Shown: positions 17,401 through 21,411, counted from the first letter of the stretch. The stretch: DNA of 32,000 nucleotides from Pyrobaculum calidifontis JCM 11548 (GCF_000015805.1 NC_009073.1:720001-752000), one strand, 5' to 3'. The notes: generated by a model not told the origin, from the sequence alone. Made by a program: numbers and translations.

Positions 17401-17591
17401 AGAAAAGCGGCAGACATGTGATGATCGCTGGCAAAGCCGCCGTGGTCATCGTAGAAGCCATAAACGCCCTATACCGCGAAAAGGGAGTAGAGAGAAGGGT
17501 TGAGGTGAAGCACGACAAGCACAATGACAGACACTACATCTATCTCACTAACGTAGACTTGAGGCTGTTAGGCGTGGAGCCGACGTTATAG
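2415..17591 (+). CDS. Giant multi-domain membrane protein, 5,058 aa. Order of domains: N-terminal polytopic domain; sequon-rich ectodomain; TM cluster; about 2,400-aa Ala/Glu/Arg/Leu-rich helical repeat region; Glu/Lys/Pro/Ala linker; late hydrophobic segment; C-terminal beta-rich repeat modules
   Basis: Single open frame of 15,177 nt. At this GC content a random frame should hit a stop every few tens of codons. The ATG start is coupled by ATGA to the upstream ORF. Domain-specific amino-acid composition and internal protein-level duplications show it is a genuine coding sequence. I recognised no enzymatic signature. Confidence 0.9.
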   Translation: MTCGPAPPAPPAPGDLLWWIVAAAGFYSFLRAWARREWDWFRPILGALIAIVVTPAVINFVIGGLFGHPTPLYSVEGFTLVLPSLEALERNAALTCAAYDALAEAAKALANAYGYVTAATAAIGVLMTAIFVMAVFTGAGVAAAVPILWSMYKAYNVASGVHEVLLSFFTITFSFMAIVGVLKHLAQIALWSPWLITFGVAALSVPRLRGIGALFVSLAVISIVVSYVAGAYAADAYATAQWAQAIAKWALDLSKEWQTEQNLTAGGSPAYVYMQPALWIGHYNNTFSTRALEGLYQDLVKDPVLGNNTRAAEAWRRALEAWKFAYNTTILARNVTNAPLYGGLVAAVEYGNKTWFFKRGNATDELKALVVWLDMDVHVSNASLCSMGMLAPAEKALLDRFLQRRPDKRGEFETLNETAHRLCRYLERSGLLQTWVLTWDGAFRRLVQPYTYNVTYHVGFQAGSAYGVAGAWGWVVPPEGEKCYDADGKEGGCGSLLASLKPGLYKYDAAAGQWAAKIDPLPGAVKSVWNFTVREAADSFYVSKSVDLYHYTEYCRWCAQWVNGTCVDWRLSWRDWYERYRVDWNYTTRYYNATVAWVDKPWRPSHLAHPSSKVVQVPWTEAIAVVVKWREAGPWWPDQPGNYCANWWTTAPDVYKVVTVFHTPRQPAVGYVYGWAWLSRADVAYAYNSTTLIGQISSSPQEDVWMEGAVQSAYCALAMDRYPYWAVDNATLRYAIGNLTAINRRALAAGVTYNNLTARWWQLRHIDEAFQKLEADVQRAMNSPDPEERRDAQVVWNLVQFYRRMAQIDVGQLAFLPPPHEEPEGYQLHQYHVVCINFHWKAKTAVNGTTRMEPAALWTIGATGFPLGYTNLTDFLIGRLADFYARLFRKGFPPPPKNVTLVAWLGDRRFEVRGYTRFAAGGEWWWDGSPLPYTPVDYNKTGALPASVWGFPIYDIYGVVFQALVLMASIAGEAWARMVAGSLYALGALEALGHLFGFPTPVRLIYPLVLDIISQLGYWLMIRVAIRAKLVARLLRPVKVYIDRAGRAVASKIPPAPEWLRRAFGWYVRHEPTPLRVVRVHMLSAVEQVKRRFWEELRKRLRELERGRIRGEELEEAAREAARSAAEGAKQAAKEAVKRTWYVLQSHDVVEFARRVSGRADAFFRTMEEKLIEAHPAIAVLLALYRGPYGVFAIVSEGAIRWLLRTGRITAQEAEELRRLRHLFWAMAAESRARAVAMERPNEEALKHYFEHREKVLRVVLSTVEQIKEAKSKEEIERALYSAAEHLARIDLKAVERVREAFELAAFGRRVGIGTTAKLAEALWEKRVGIEAVVERAKELLRMHYESAPLSYEELRHAALMRQIVLVKPLYAALAEARLYAAEGGVEQAKRAYEALKAVKPFERFGEVQLRELRSMAKRALSLERKLTEVEREIARVRELLPTADGQRAALEAQLAKLEAQRAHIAERLRELRARIRVEAGEAIERIARTYRGFLEDVRREVDPAFRRLRDALVAAEVRPRLVEELTNAVKRHEEVIRGEAARWSEAVQRLERALSTEITEEDIRLAKSLGLHRLAEYLEYVREVRAADAAASQPLADVKVKLERAEEVVRKLAEGKADRALAEAAEALGLKRVKAYAEEQIKWRAGEPLTTSLLDALEEARRYADALAKAGRALSQWRSLDVAELREAAKAAREVGLEQAAKAIERFVELKQRQVSDTALGELSKAKAVAEGLKALLEGRLLERLAEVKAAAEALGLKDVEKAVVRLSAVSHVESLEEAYRALKAQFEREGRDTSRLDEAYQRLKKVSEDLAKAKEDVKAAVKKYKEVIRREAVRWGEGVHQLKALFESQMSAEDALKGVEVAKALGLRRVERFLEEYVKYIPKREEYSVAATAVKAAREKALSVEPFARRELEEAVAKASSAEKLLTSLCELYNVGAEEAKRLSELAKGVGLGGAAQFFAEWGKVAKEASERREFEALSRLAKGLAKGRLAEEVALAAGEGLEVGRWLRAVEGVKPLYERAVEEASRLKTTAELAKRLSESVERWRYLDAGELRAAAQMAREGGFTKTAEFLEKAADFKAVVETAREVFERHEKVLKRLRALEQSARHELSKAVTIAEGLRALLEGDFYDRLSEARRAARALGLSEVDEALARLGRVKLSIERVGDEYAYDVGGAVRRVMADFGVDRLLLRAPLSAYVVATIEASIAREAASVFRQAFARYEREVATTAVYLPVREAQKLGPVVSPITAAFDFRSYVDELVKAGDLRRYYSSGGRAWRELAHLVAKASGAVLDLRAARKALEKGDDASIALAIALAYRAAKTYMRLEGDIRPLADVVAEVRYRLGLYDRTWAEFIEKVEGEKAKAKILEALRPRTVEEAVEQLKAAWAKSNYHALEERLGLTRTYAIPDADRALEYTAKALTAYRLAAMGFEEALSVARAQSFIRTAERYLRGRPLETPAREQPLYVARALARPLPEVKPSAIDEVAREAVIRLLREVEAGGAKAKALWRQVEELVKVSPDAFAEVVAYASSARGLAAHWARQLVAKMRREWDTYRTLWEAPVAIRLERLRDIPAAKVEAPVPRELVALALWAELAAKARPTAAKDIEAIKRVVGEVSPAALEEARLRAERVRAVLDDIEKLKAVDVERPVYIAFSSLEREVPGEDVKALTIDERAELLKAQRYLKHSDPRVAREGELLAKFAAGELTRSQLADELRKLGGPYTQEGCGAIEMPNRLKDIHAVLTAKLANEVAILRDVEELRHVAVGTAFHTAVRAGLGDEDAWRELRALAALDKAAERAVRYAELLRILRALSEGLERVVYETELAKRWPEYRHVLLEREYVLKRAEELRREGPERAIVAGLLEQFAEGRITRSELIEAARQKGVDLHEFSRNGVERVRGDVIRAVREAAAEFKQFAGAPRSLRDLLEGKLPRGLYAKMAEEIGVADVVYAELGVPARYAKYGLLEGIERYVKELKKLVLQLPGDASRALVAIEALRGELSAITPADLVADVVNKRGEVIARLKKALEEARAEVVRAVFDSIRTAGVRRIPRELLELAASTHFTPEELRMLLTELDAVRAVEERAVGWPSFAEYTPYIFATTDEAVARAWRKGGGLVYEAYELTEAGPRRVYVLAPKNAPIDEIREAFLSLRGVEIVGEPRWISWDAVEALGYVVERTEKGVVVRPRAEYQLSLEKPLPRAREAWEVVKRFRPDVVREALGHGWELVHWEDGVEAVNAYLFLRKLRGWEKFEGGDVERMFDELRRWYTPGLERHAAVISRRMYGFDAVDWLKGAYAVWARSRGEFVAKYVHRDPEALARVVWWAKKWAWGRLYDLLELEFRDPTVLRAVNIAVKRGFLSWGEALDLFHEWVRRNNIAKWDEEALRIALRGNITSEDYERAVRAFITSVKTAQQLEAEREALERWKLLQERMREEAEKARARRATRLRPEAAPKEEARPREEVEQREAAVKPGEEAKEAAPREEAKPAVEKAEEKEKPSAVEKPPTAEAARGVEERRAVEEKKEAEERREEEFVRVGKVMVKKGYEDDAVVKAFAAEDPQNWFTKLTPETYFRLRETLAPAYLHYLERAREWAASRERALSILASRHGRIDIPKRVKDRAVEKARAELEKHAARLVYRYGEEKAQAALVKIGILLEEWVREGELPNAHAEILRAMWAWEGEEKTANVTREWGFWLFREHFAELKKTAEALGVDVMHLWNAYRAALERYLAAVFAYGGLVEKAVTTVDKALYTTLVAAGGVALAEALQGVVRPEIVYTVSSAASLALAGRYREAVDVIKTAVHNVELAVRRVAGEVRVAVERLYEAIVEAVARLLQWLGEHWRVLAFVTAAVAAGLLTWMAAQQILADVDMAQFAKLAAGGFFGLAGVKKVDVDKALDDVLSGLRAMEGLERGGLAGHVSRGYASADFARLVEEAVKARLRAEAEAAEAGRLIRAKLAGGAAPRGDFDRFALNAAAVADTALGLVYEALRQKWRAVARPGIVENYAHVDKKFAEVFNVRERDVVHFLRYDVGDIAYGDAKTEGAVVLVFLGGEKIIRVEVLAKSVAGLPIRFKEVEWGGGRWVWLATAMINKPKNYVARIELRFTEKPEVEVRGGAAGVEGLRGLLATDAYGKEIGTPDPLLVKLFIDHFEKAKVEVAGVTLTKAGFSLQFRAVTLDEKPFEELFGDIAKKYGKDLWEIMKKTREMWREAVRKLYKDIMRVANEAAEVGKVKGVEAGREALVEGLKRLFEEREREALSAGRLDDALAIAVAGRLLLGIVNSPREWFSLLAGDGVVDIGGKTLGFSAKYAEVAEVVLRLLAAWAGAYGAGIRAKERMAVYSSADDIVKVLGAIFKGEVLKYAESSARSWSGLAGSHTPKVISLLALAQLLGVVEGKWAVELWLAHKAATTLAEPEVAQALDKFFARVEGVGEVKWEERGVNLYFKVRGLEDVERTATLKLYTDFHNFHLSCDSCNEVSVRRVLETVAEWLRPAVELLEERLRLAAEKQKWPRWHWNSLDLPAEVGWPMFLKLWRVYNMSLRVEEGGRELLRVEVLEARADGTAKFRLWFYKWRETRPDQPYVDVEIEPYQRKGDSIAFRGSVYANKAKGILRDHLAEIADLLKREGVEGVSLVRDGKVLEFSSAFRDSVLGRLSIRPELPPGEPPAVQYLGGLRFRVGDKEVEFGERVFGKTREFYAEPMFLSREEAERFASSLKAVGVDARIVGNVVRLDSDSFFGLLAVTNATPPGLTPLYRSNDLQVYASAEGGRMRFYFAVKHEGVWRAVEGLYEERALELWRKEREVLEAVRDAVARALKELGHPAEVGEPKERVDEKGSAVGHRLLLYGPHLKPFLEHAVRHVEAKPVEVRLEGRHIVISAGNVKAEVEFKLLKHREAEFLVAQDVVQTLALYKSLKEMGVPVEITPEGVKIDSETLWALVAIAVERDTPSALPAEVMPGVKLLKVYNVGNMHMYIFCAEGDHYYFVVKTGQEWRAAGGKKSGRHVMIAGKAAVVIVEAINALYREKGVERRVEVKHDKHNDRHYIYLTNVDLRLLGVEPTL
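3198..5237 (+). other. Predicted extracellular, N-glycosylated Trp/Tyr/Cys-rich domain of the giant protein (aa 262-941)
   Basis: By direct count there are 22 N-x-S/T sequons in about 680 aa, against 4 in the remaining about 4,380 aa. There are 10 Cys. Trp clusters include DWRLSWRDWYERYRVDWNY, GPWWPDQPGNYCANWW and GGEWWWDG. The domain is flanked by hydrophobic TM clusters (nt 2460-3130 and 5270-5500). Confidence 0.6.
7002..8895 (+). repeat. Diverged tandem duplication inside the giant ORF (two units of about 245 and 335 aa, each with four 'xxLGLxxV/A' helical sub-repeats)
   Basis: Unit 1 starts VKRHEEVIRGEAARWSEAVQRL (nt 7002). Unit 2 starts VKKYKEVIRREAVRWGEGVHQL (nt 7881). Later segments also pair: WRSLDVAELREAAKAAREVGLEQ with WRYLDAGELRAAAQMAREGGFTK, and AEGLKALLEG..AAEALGLKDVEKAVVRL with AEGLRALLEG..AARALGLSEVDEALARL. 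LGL-type motifs lie near nt 7122, 7299, 7503, 7683, 8013, 8272, 8600 and 8845. Confidence 0.75.
10441..11075 (+). repeat. Second internal duplication in the giant ORF (about 47-aa conserved core, about 160-aa period)
   Basis: ERAELLKAQRYLKHSDPRVAREGELLAKFAAGELTRSQLADELRKLG (10441-10580) aligns with EREYVLKRAEELRREGPERAIVAGLLEQFAEGRITRSELIEAARQKG (10931-11075). By eye roughly 40% of positions are identical, including LL..FA.G..TRS.L. Confidence 0.55.
12655..13017 (+). repeat. Low-complexity Glu/Lys/Ala/Pro/Arg linker of the giant protein (aa about 3414-3535)
   Basis: Purine-rich GAR/AAR/GCN codon run encoding EAEKARARRATRLRPEAAPKEEARPREEVEQREAAVKPGEEAKEAAPREEAKPAVEKAEEKEKPSAVEKPP..EEKKEAEERREEEF. 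It also generates long spurious antisense ORFs (12611-13039, 12702-13172). Confidence 0.7.
15732..17369 (+). repeat. Four diverged copies of a beta-strand module in the C-terminal region of the giant protein
   Basis: VNLYFKVRG (15732-15755); AKFRLWFYKWRE (16101-16136); LQVYASAEGGRMRFYFAVKHEGVWRAVEG (about 16686-16770); LKVYNVGNMHMYIFCAEGDHYYFVVKTGQEWRAAGG (about 17290-17395). The last two copies align clearly (L.VY....G...[FY]YF.VK....WRA..G). Confidence 0.5.
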
Positions 17592-17603
17592 CCCTTTATA
17601 TTG

Positions 17604-19010
17604 TTACCTTCCGTACAGCCGAGTTACTTCTCTCAGCTTCCGCAGGAGGGCGCGGGGCGGCTGCTCTGCCAGTCTCCAGCGCCAGTTTCCTCCGACTGTG
17701 CCCGGCTTGTTCATTCTGGCCTCTGACCCTAGGCCGAGGACGTCTTGCATTGGCACAATGGCCACGTCTGCCACAGACATGTGGGCGAGGCGTATTAGGC
17801 ACCAGTTTATCTCGCGGGGGCGGCAGTTGCCGTACTTCAAGACCTCCCGCCGCACGGCGGGGGTCGCCTCCTCTGTGAACCACCCCACTGCCGTGTTGTT
17901 GTCGTGGGTCCCCGTGTAGACTAGAGAGTTTTTGACGTGGTTGTGGGGCTTGTGGAGGTTGGCTGGGTTGCCGTCCCAGGCGAATTGTAACACGCGCATG
18001 CCTGGGAGCCCCAGCGAGTCCCTCAGCTCTTCCACGTCTGGCGTTATGTAGCCCAGGTCCTCTGCCACTAGCCGCCCCAGGTCCACCTCGGCGGCCGCGG
18101 CGTCGAAAAGCCTCTTCCCAGGCCCGGGGACCCAGCGCCCCCCGGCGGCCGTGGGCTCGCCGGCTGGCACTTCCCAGTACGCGGCGTATCCTCTGAAGTG
18201 GTCTAGGCGGACGTAGTCGAAGGTGCGTAGGGCGTGTTTCAGGCGGCGTATCCACCACCGGTACCCCTCTCTCTCCATCTCCTCCCAGTTGTACACTGGG
18301 TTTCCCCAGAGCTGCCCCGTGGGCGAGAAGTAGTCTGGGGGGACTCCGCCCACGTAGAGGGGCCTCCCGTCTTGCCCCACTTTGAAGAGGCGTGGGTGTG
18401 CCCAGACGTCTGCGCTGTCTGGCCCCGGGTAGTAGGGCAAGTCGCCGATGAGGAATATTCCGAGGCTGTTGACGTATTCCTTGAGGCGGCGCCACTGGGT
18501 CCAGAAGACGAATTGGGCGAATGCGTAGAACTCCACGCGGTCTCTCGGCGCGTTGCCGCGTGGGGGGTGTGGGCCGTGCCTCTCCCTCAGTGCCATGTAT
18601 GTCGCGTATTCCCCCAGCCACTCCCACTCCTCTTCCATGAACGCGGTGAAGTCCTTCAGCCTCCTGTGGCGTTTGTAGGCCTTCTCAAGGGCCTTTGTCT
18701 TTACCTCCCAGGCAGCTTGATAGTCCGCGCGGGGCGTGGGCGGGCACTGGGGGACTTGGTCTATTAGCCCGTCTCGCTTCATGAGGTCTAGGCTGACTAG
18801 GCGGGGGTCTCCGGCGAAGCTGGAGGCGGCGCTGTATGGGGAGTTTTCGTATTCTGGCAGTGTGTGATTTATGGGGAGGGTCTGCCAGTAGGTCTGCTCT
18901 GCGTATGCCAGCGCCTCTGCGAAGGCGTACGCCTCTGGGCCTAGGTCCCCAACGTGGCAGCCGCCTGGGAGCGAGGTGATGTGTAAGAGGACCCCGGCGC
19001 CTCTGAGCAT
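17604..19010 (-). CDS. malQ: 4-alpha-glucanotransferase (amylomaltase, GH77)
   Basis: 468 aa with GH77 hallmarks: VRLDHFRG (nucleophile region), AEDLGYITPDV (acid/base), YTGTHDNNT. The ATG shares one base with the TAA of the upstream ORF (TAATG at 19008-19012). Confidence 0.9.
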   Translation of the reverse strand: MLRGAGVLLHITSLPGGCHVGDLGPEAYAFAEALAYAEQTYWQTLPINHTLPEYENSPYSAASSFAGDPRLVSLDLMKRDGLIDQVPQCPPTPRADYQAAWEVKTKALEKAYKRHRRLKDFTAFMEEEWEWLGEYATYMALRERHGPHPPRGNAPRDRVEFYAFAQFVFWTQWRRLKEYVNSLGIFLIGDLPYYPGPDSADVWAHPRLFKVGQDGRPLYVGGVPPDYFSPTGQLWGNPVYNWEEMEREGYRWWIRRLKHALRTFDYVRLDHFRGYAAYWEVPAGEPTAAGGRWVPGPGKRLFDAAAAEVDLGRLVAEDLGYITPDVEELRDSLGLPGMRVLQFAWDGNPANLHKPHNHVKNSLVYTGTHDNNTAVGWFTEEATPAVRREVLKYGNCRPREINWCLIRLAHMSVADVAIVPMQDVLGLGSEARMNKPGTVGGNWRWRLAEQPPRALLRKLREVTRLYGR

Positions 19011-19441
19011 TAGAGGTTGAACTCCACGACGCCGCTGGTGGTGGACTCGGCGAGTACTTGCTCGTCTATTTCAATGTAGTAGTTTACCTGCGCCGTGTAG
19101 ACGTAGTTGTTTCCCTCTTCCCCCGTCGGCGTAGTGGGTATGACGGCCTCCATCACCGCGCGGCCCTTCACCTCGCCACCCTTCAGCAACGGGATCTCGA
19201 GCCTGGCCCTAATGGCGCCTCCCTCGGTCTTCACATCCCACGTCTTTTGCCCCTGCTCGAGGCCGTAGTCGGCGGCATATATCTGCACCAACTTGCCGAA
19301 GTTAGAGCCAGACTCGTCGAGCACCACCGTGGTGCCCGCCTCTCGTGGCCAGCGTTCCAGCTTCCTCAGCCTGGCCTGCTCGTCTGCGCCCTTGGAGATT
19401 CTTATGGGGACCTCCACCCTCCTTTCGTACGTCTTGTACAT
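19010..19441 (-). CDS. Hypothetical beta-rich protein, 143 aa, translationally coupled to malQ
   Basis: ATG 19441 lies 21-29 nt downstream of a minus-strand TTATATAAA box (19462-19470). The composition is protein-like and I recognised no motif. The stop overlaps the malQ start. Confidence 0.7.
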   Translation of the reverse strand: MYKTYERRVEVPIRISKGADEQARLRKLERWPREAGTTVVLDESGSNFGKLVQIYAADYGLEQGQKTWDVKTEGGAIRARLEIPLLKGGEVKGRAVMEAVIPTTPTGEEGNNYVYTAQVNYYIEIDEQVLAESTTSGVVEFNL

Positions 19442-19526
19442 GGCAGTGGGTCGGGGTCGTGTTTATATAAGTTCTGGCCGGCGTATTTGTTGCACAGCCT
19501 TTTTATATCGGCCCGTACTTTTCTTT
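19442..19526. promoter_or_regulatory. Divergent promoter region with two TATA boxes
   Basis: TTTATATAA at 19462-19470 serves the minus-strand ATG 19441. TTTTATAT at 19501-19508 serves the plus-strand GTG 19527. Both spacings are about 20-29 nt, as expected for leaderless archaeal mRNAs. Confidence 0.5.
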
Positions 19527-20231
19527 GTGAGTCTTGAGCGCTACCTCTCCGCTGTGAGGGCTCTTGTGGCTAGGGAGCTGGTGGCGAGGGGGCTGAGCGT
19601 CAACGAGACGGCGAGGTTGTTGGGGCTTACTCCCGCTGCTGTGTCGATGTATGTGGCTGGGAAGAGGGGCGGCGATCTTGTCAACGAGCTGGCGAGGGAT
19701 GAGGGGGTTATGGCCATTATCAAGAGCCACTGTGACGCCATCGTGGACATGGCGGCTAGGGGTGCCAAGGGGCCTGTGGATTTGACTGAGTTGGCCAAGG
19801 TGGTGGCTAGGCTGGTGGAGCAGAGGCGTCCTGAGGCACGCCTTGAGGACTTGATTCGGGAGCGCATTAGGCTAGAGCAGGAGACGGCCACTAGGGCCAT
19901 GGCCTACTCCTACAAGACTCGCAACCCCCTTGTGAGGGCGCTGTTCATGCAGATAGCGACGGACAGCTTGCGACATGCCGAGATTTTGACCCTCATTTTG
20001 GACTACCTGGGGGGGCGGGTGAAGGCGGAGGAGGTTGATCTGTCGTCTGAGGAGTTGGAGAAGTTGGCTGAGGAGGAGTGGGAGATGAGGGAGAGCCTCG
20101 CCGAGCTTTACCGCTCTCTTAGCCCGTTGGTGAGGGCGCTTGTCCTCTCCATTGAGCTCGACGAGCAGAAGCACTACCAGTTGATTAAGGCGCTTCAACT
20201 TGCCGCTGGCCGGGGAGGAGGGCAGGCCTGA
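19527..20231 (+). CDS. HTH DNA-binding protein with a C-terminal internally duplicated helical (ferritin/rubrerythrin-like) domain
   Basis: N-terminal GLSVNETARLLGLTPAAVSMYVAGKRG is a helix-turn-helix. The C-terminal half contains the paired segments NPLVRALFMQIATDSLRHAEILTLIL and SPLVRALVLSIELDEQKHYQLIKAL (ExxH-like). GTG 19527 is preferred over track start 19293, which would cross the divergent promoter and overlap the 143-aa gene. Confidence 0.65.
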   Translation: MSLERYLSAVRALVARELVARGLSVNETARLLGLTPAAVSMYVAGKRGGDLVNELARDEGVMAIIKSHCDAIVDMAARGAKGPVDLTELAKVVARLVEQRRPEARLEDLIRERIRLEQETATRAMAYSYKTRNPLVRALFMQIATDSLRHAEILTLILDYLGGRVKAEEVDLSSEELEKLAEEEWEMRESLAELYRSLSPLVRALVLSIELDEQKHYQLIKALQLAAGRGGGQA

Positions 20232-21411
20232 CCTTTGTCAACACCTCCCTGGCGAGCTCTCTCTTGTGGGCTGGGCCCAGTCTCTCTACGCCGCTCTCTG
20301 TCACCACGATGTACTCGTCTTTTAGCGTGCCGAACCCCGTCTTTGAGACGTCGTGGGCTAGGGCCATCAGCCAGCCGCCGGCCCTCAGCCTCGCCCTGGC
20401 CTTTTCCACGAGCTCTTCCTCTGACGCGCCGTACTCGGCCTTGAACCCCACAACCACCGCGCTTGGGTTTACGCGCTTCACCTCTTGCGCAGTTTTGGGG
20501 GCCTGCCTCAGCGTGACTTGGTAGACGGGGAGGGAGCTGTCGATTTTGCCTGCGGCCTTCCCCTCTACGTAGAAGTCTAGTGGCGCCGCGGTGAATATGA
20601 AGAGGTGGTGTTCCCTCGCCCTTGCCATTACTTCTCTGTGCATGTCTAGCACAGACACGACTTTTACCACTTCTACGCCCGGCGGTGGGCGCAGGGGGGT
20701 GGGGCCTGTGACTAGGGTGACCTCGGCGCCTCTGGCGGCGGCTTCTCTTGCGAAGTAGTACCCCGTCAAGCCGCTACTTGGGGTTGTGATGTATTTTACG
20801 TCGTCTATGTGCTCGTGGGTGGGTCCCGCCGTTACGAGCACTTTTACGCCGGCGTAGTCTCTGGGGGCTGTGGCGTCTATGACGTATTCGGCCACCTCCT
20901 CGGGCGGGGGGTACTTTGCCTTGCCCTCTTCTACTACTGGCGGCACGACTGTGGCGTACTTCCTGAGTTTCTCCACGGCCTCTTGTACTTGGGGGGAGTT
21001 CCACATGGCTAAGTTCATGGCGGGGACTACCACCTTTTTGGCGCCGCTGGCCGCCACTGCGCATGTCAAAGCCGCGTTGTCCGCAATGCCGAGGGACAGC
21101 TTCACTATGGTGTTTGCCGTTGCTGGCGCGGCCACCAGCAGGTCCGCCTCTGCGCATATTTCCACGTGTTCTGCCGCGCCGGTCAACTCGACGACGGGCT
21201 TGTTGCCTGTGGCCCAGTGGAATAGGCTGGGCGAAACTAGGCGCGCCGCCTTGGGGGTCATGAATACGTGGACGTCGGCGCCGTGGCGTATAAGCAAGCG
21301 GGCTAGGTCGATAGACTTGTAGAGCGACACTCCGGAGGATACGAGCAATACGACTCTGCGCCCCTTGAGTAGAGAGCTGTATGTACCTCTTATCGCCGCT
21401 ACTTCGCTCAT
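20185..21411 (-). CDS. coaBC: Bifunctional phosphopantothenoylcysteine decarboxylase / phosphopantothenate-cysteine ligase (CoaBC)
   Basis: The flavoprotein half has VVLLVSSGVSLYKS and PATANTIVK. The CoaB half has VLVTAGPTHEHIDDVKYITTPSSG. The start is moved to ATG 21411 (MSEVAAIRG), which forms an ATGA overlap with the speE stop. The 60-codon upstream extension in the track lies inside speE. Confidence 0.9.
   Translation of the reverse strand: MSEVAAIRGTYSSLLKGRRVVLLVSSGVSLYKSIDLARLLIRHGADVHVFMTPKAARLVSPSLFHWATGNKPVVELTGAAEHVEICAEADLLVAAPATANTIVKLSLGIADNAALTCAVAASGAKKVVVPAMNLAMWNSPQVQEAVEKLRKYATVVPPVVEEGKAKYPPPEEVAEYVIDATAPRDYAGVKVLVTAGPTHEHIDDVKYITTPSSGLTGYYFAREAAARGAEVTLVTGPTPLRPPPGVEVVKVVSVLDMHREVMARAREHHLFIFTAAPLDFYVEGKAAGKIDSSLPVYQVTLRQAPKTAQEVKRVNPSAVVVGFKAEYGASEEELVEKARARLRAGGWLMALAHDVSKTGFGTLKDEYIVVTESGVERLGPAHKRELAREVLTKVRPALLPGQRQVEAP

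Noticed and set aside
17596-18627. 343-aa minus-strand ORF overlapping malQ in another frame
   Set aside because: The product is extremely Arg/Pro/Gly-rich and has no motifs, while the malQ frame carries complete GH77 signatures.
19293-19526. N-terminal extension of the HTH regulator ORF
   Set aside because: It would run through both TATA boxes of the divergent promoter and overlap the 143-aa gene on the other strand. GTG 19527 sits at leaderless distance from TTTTATAT.
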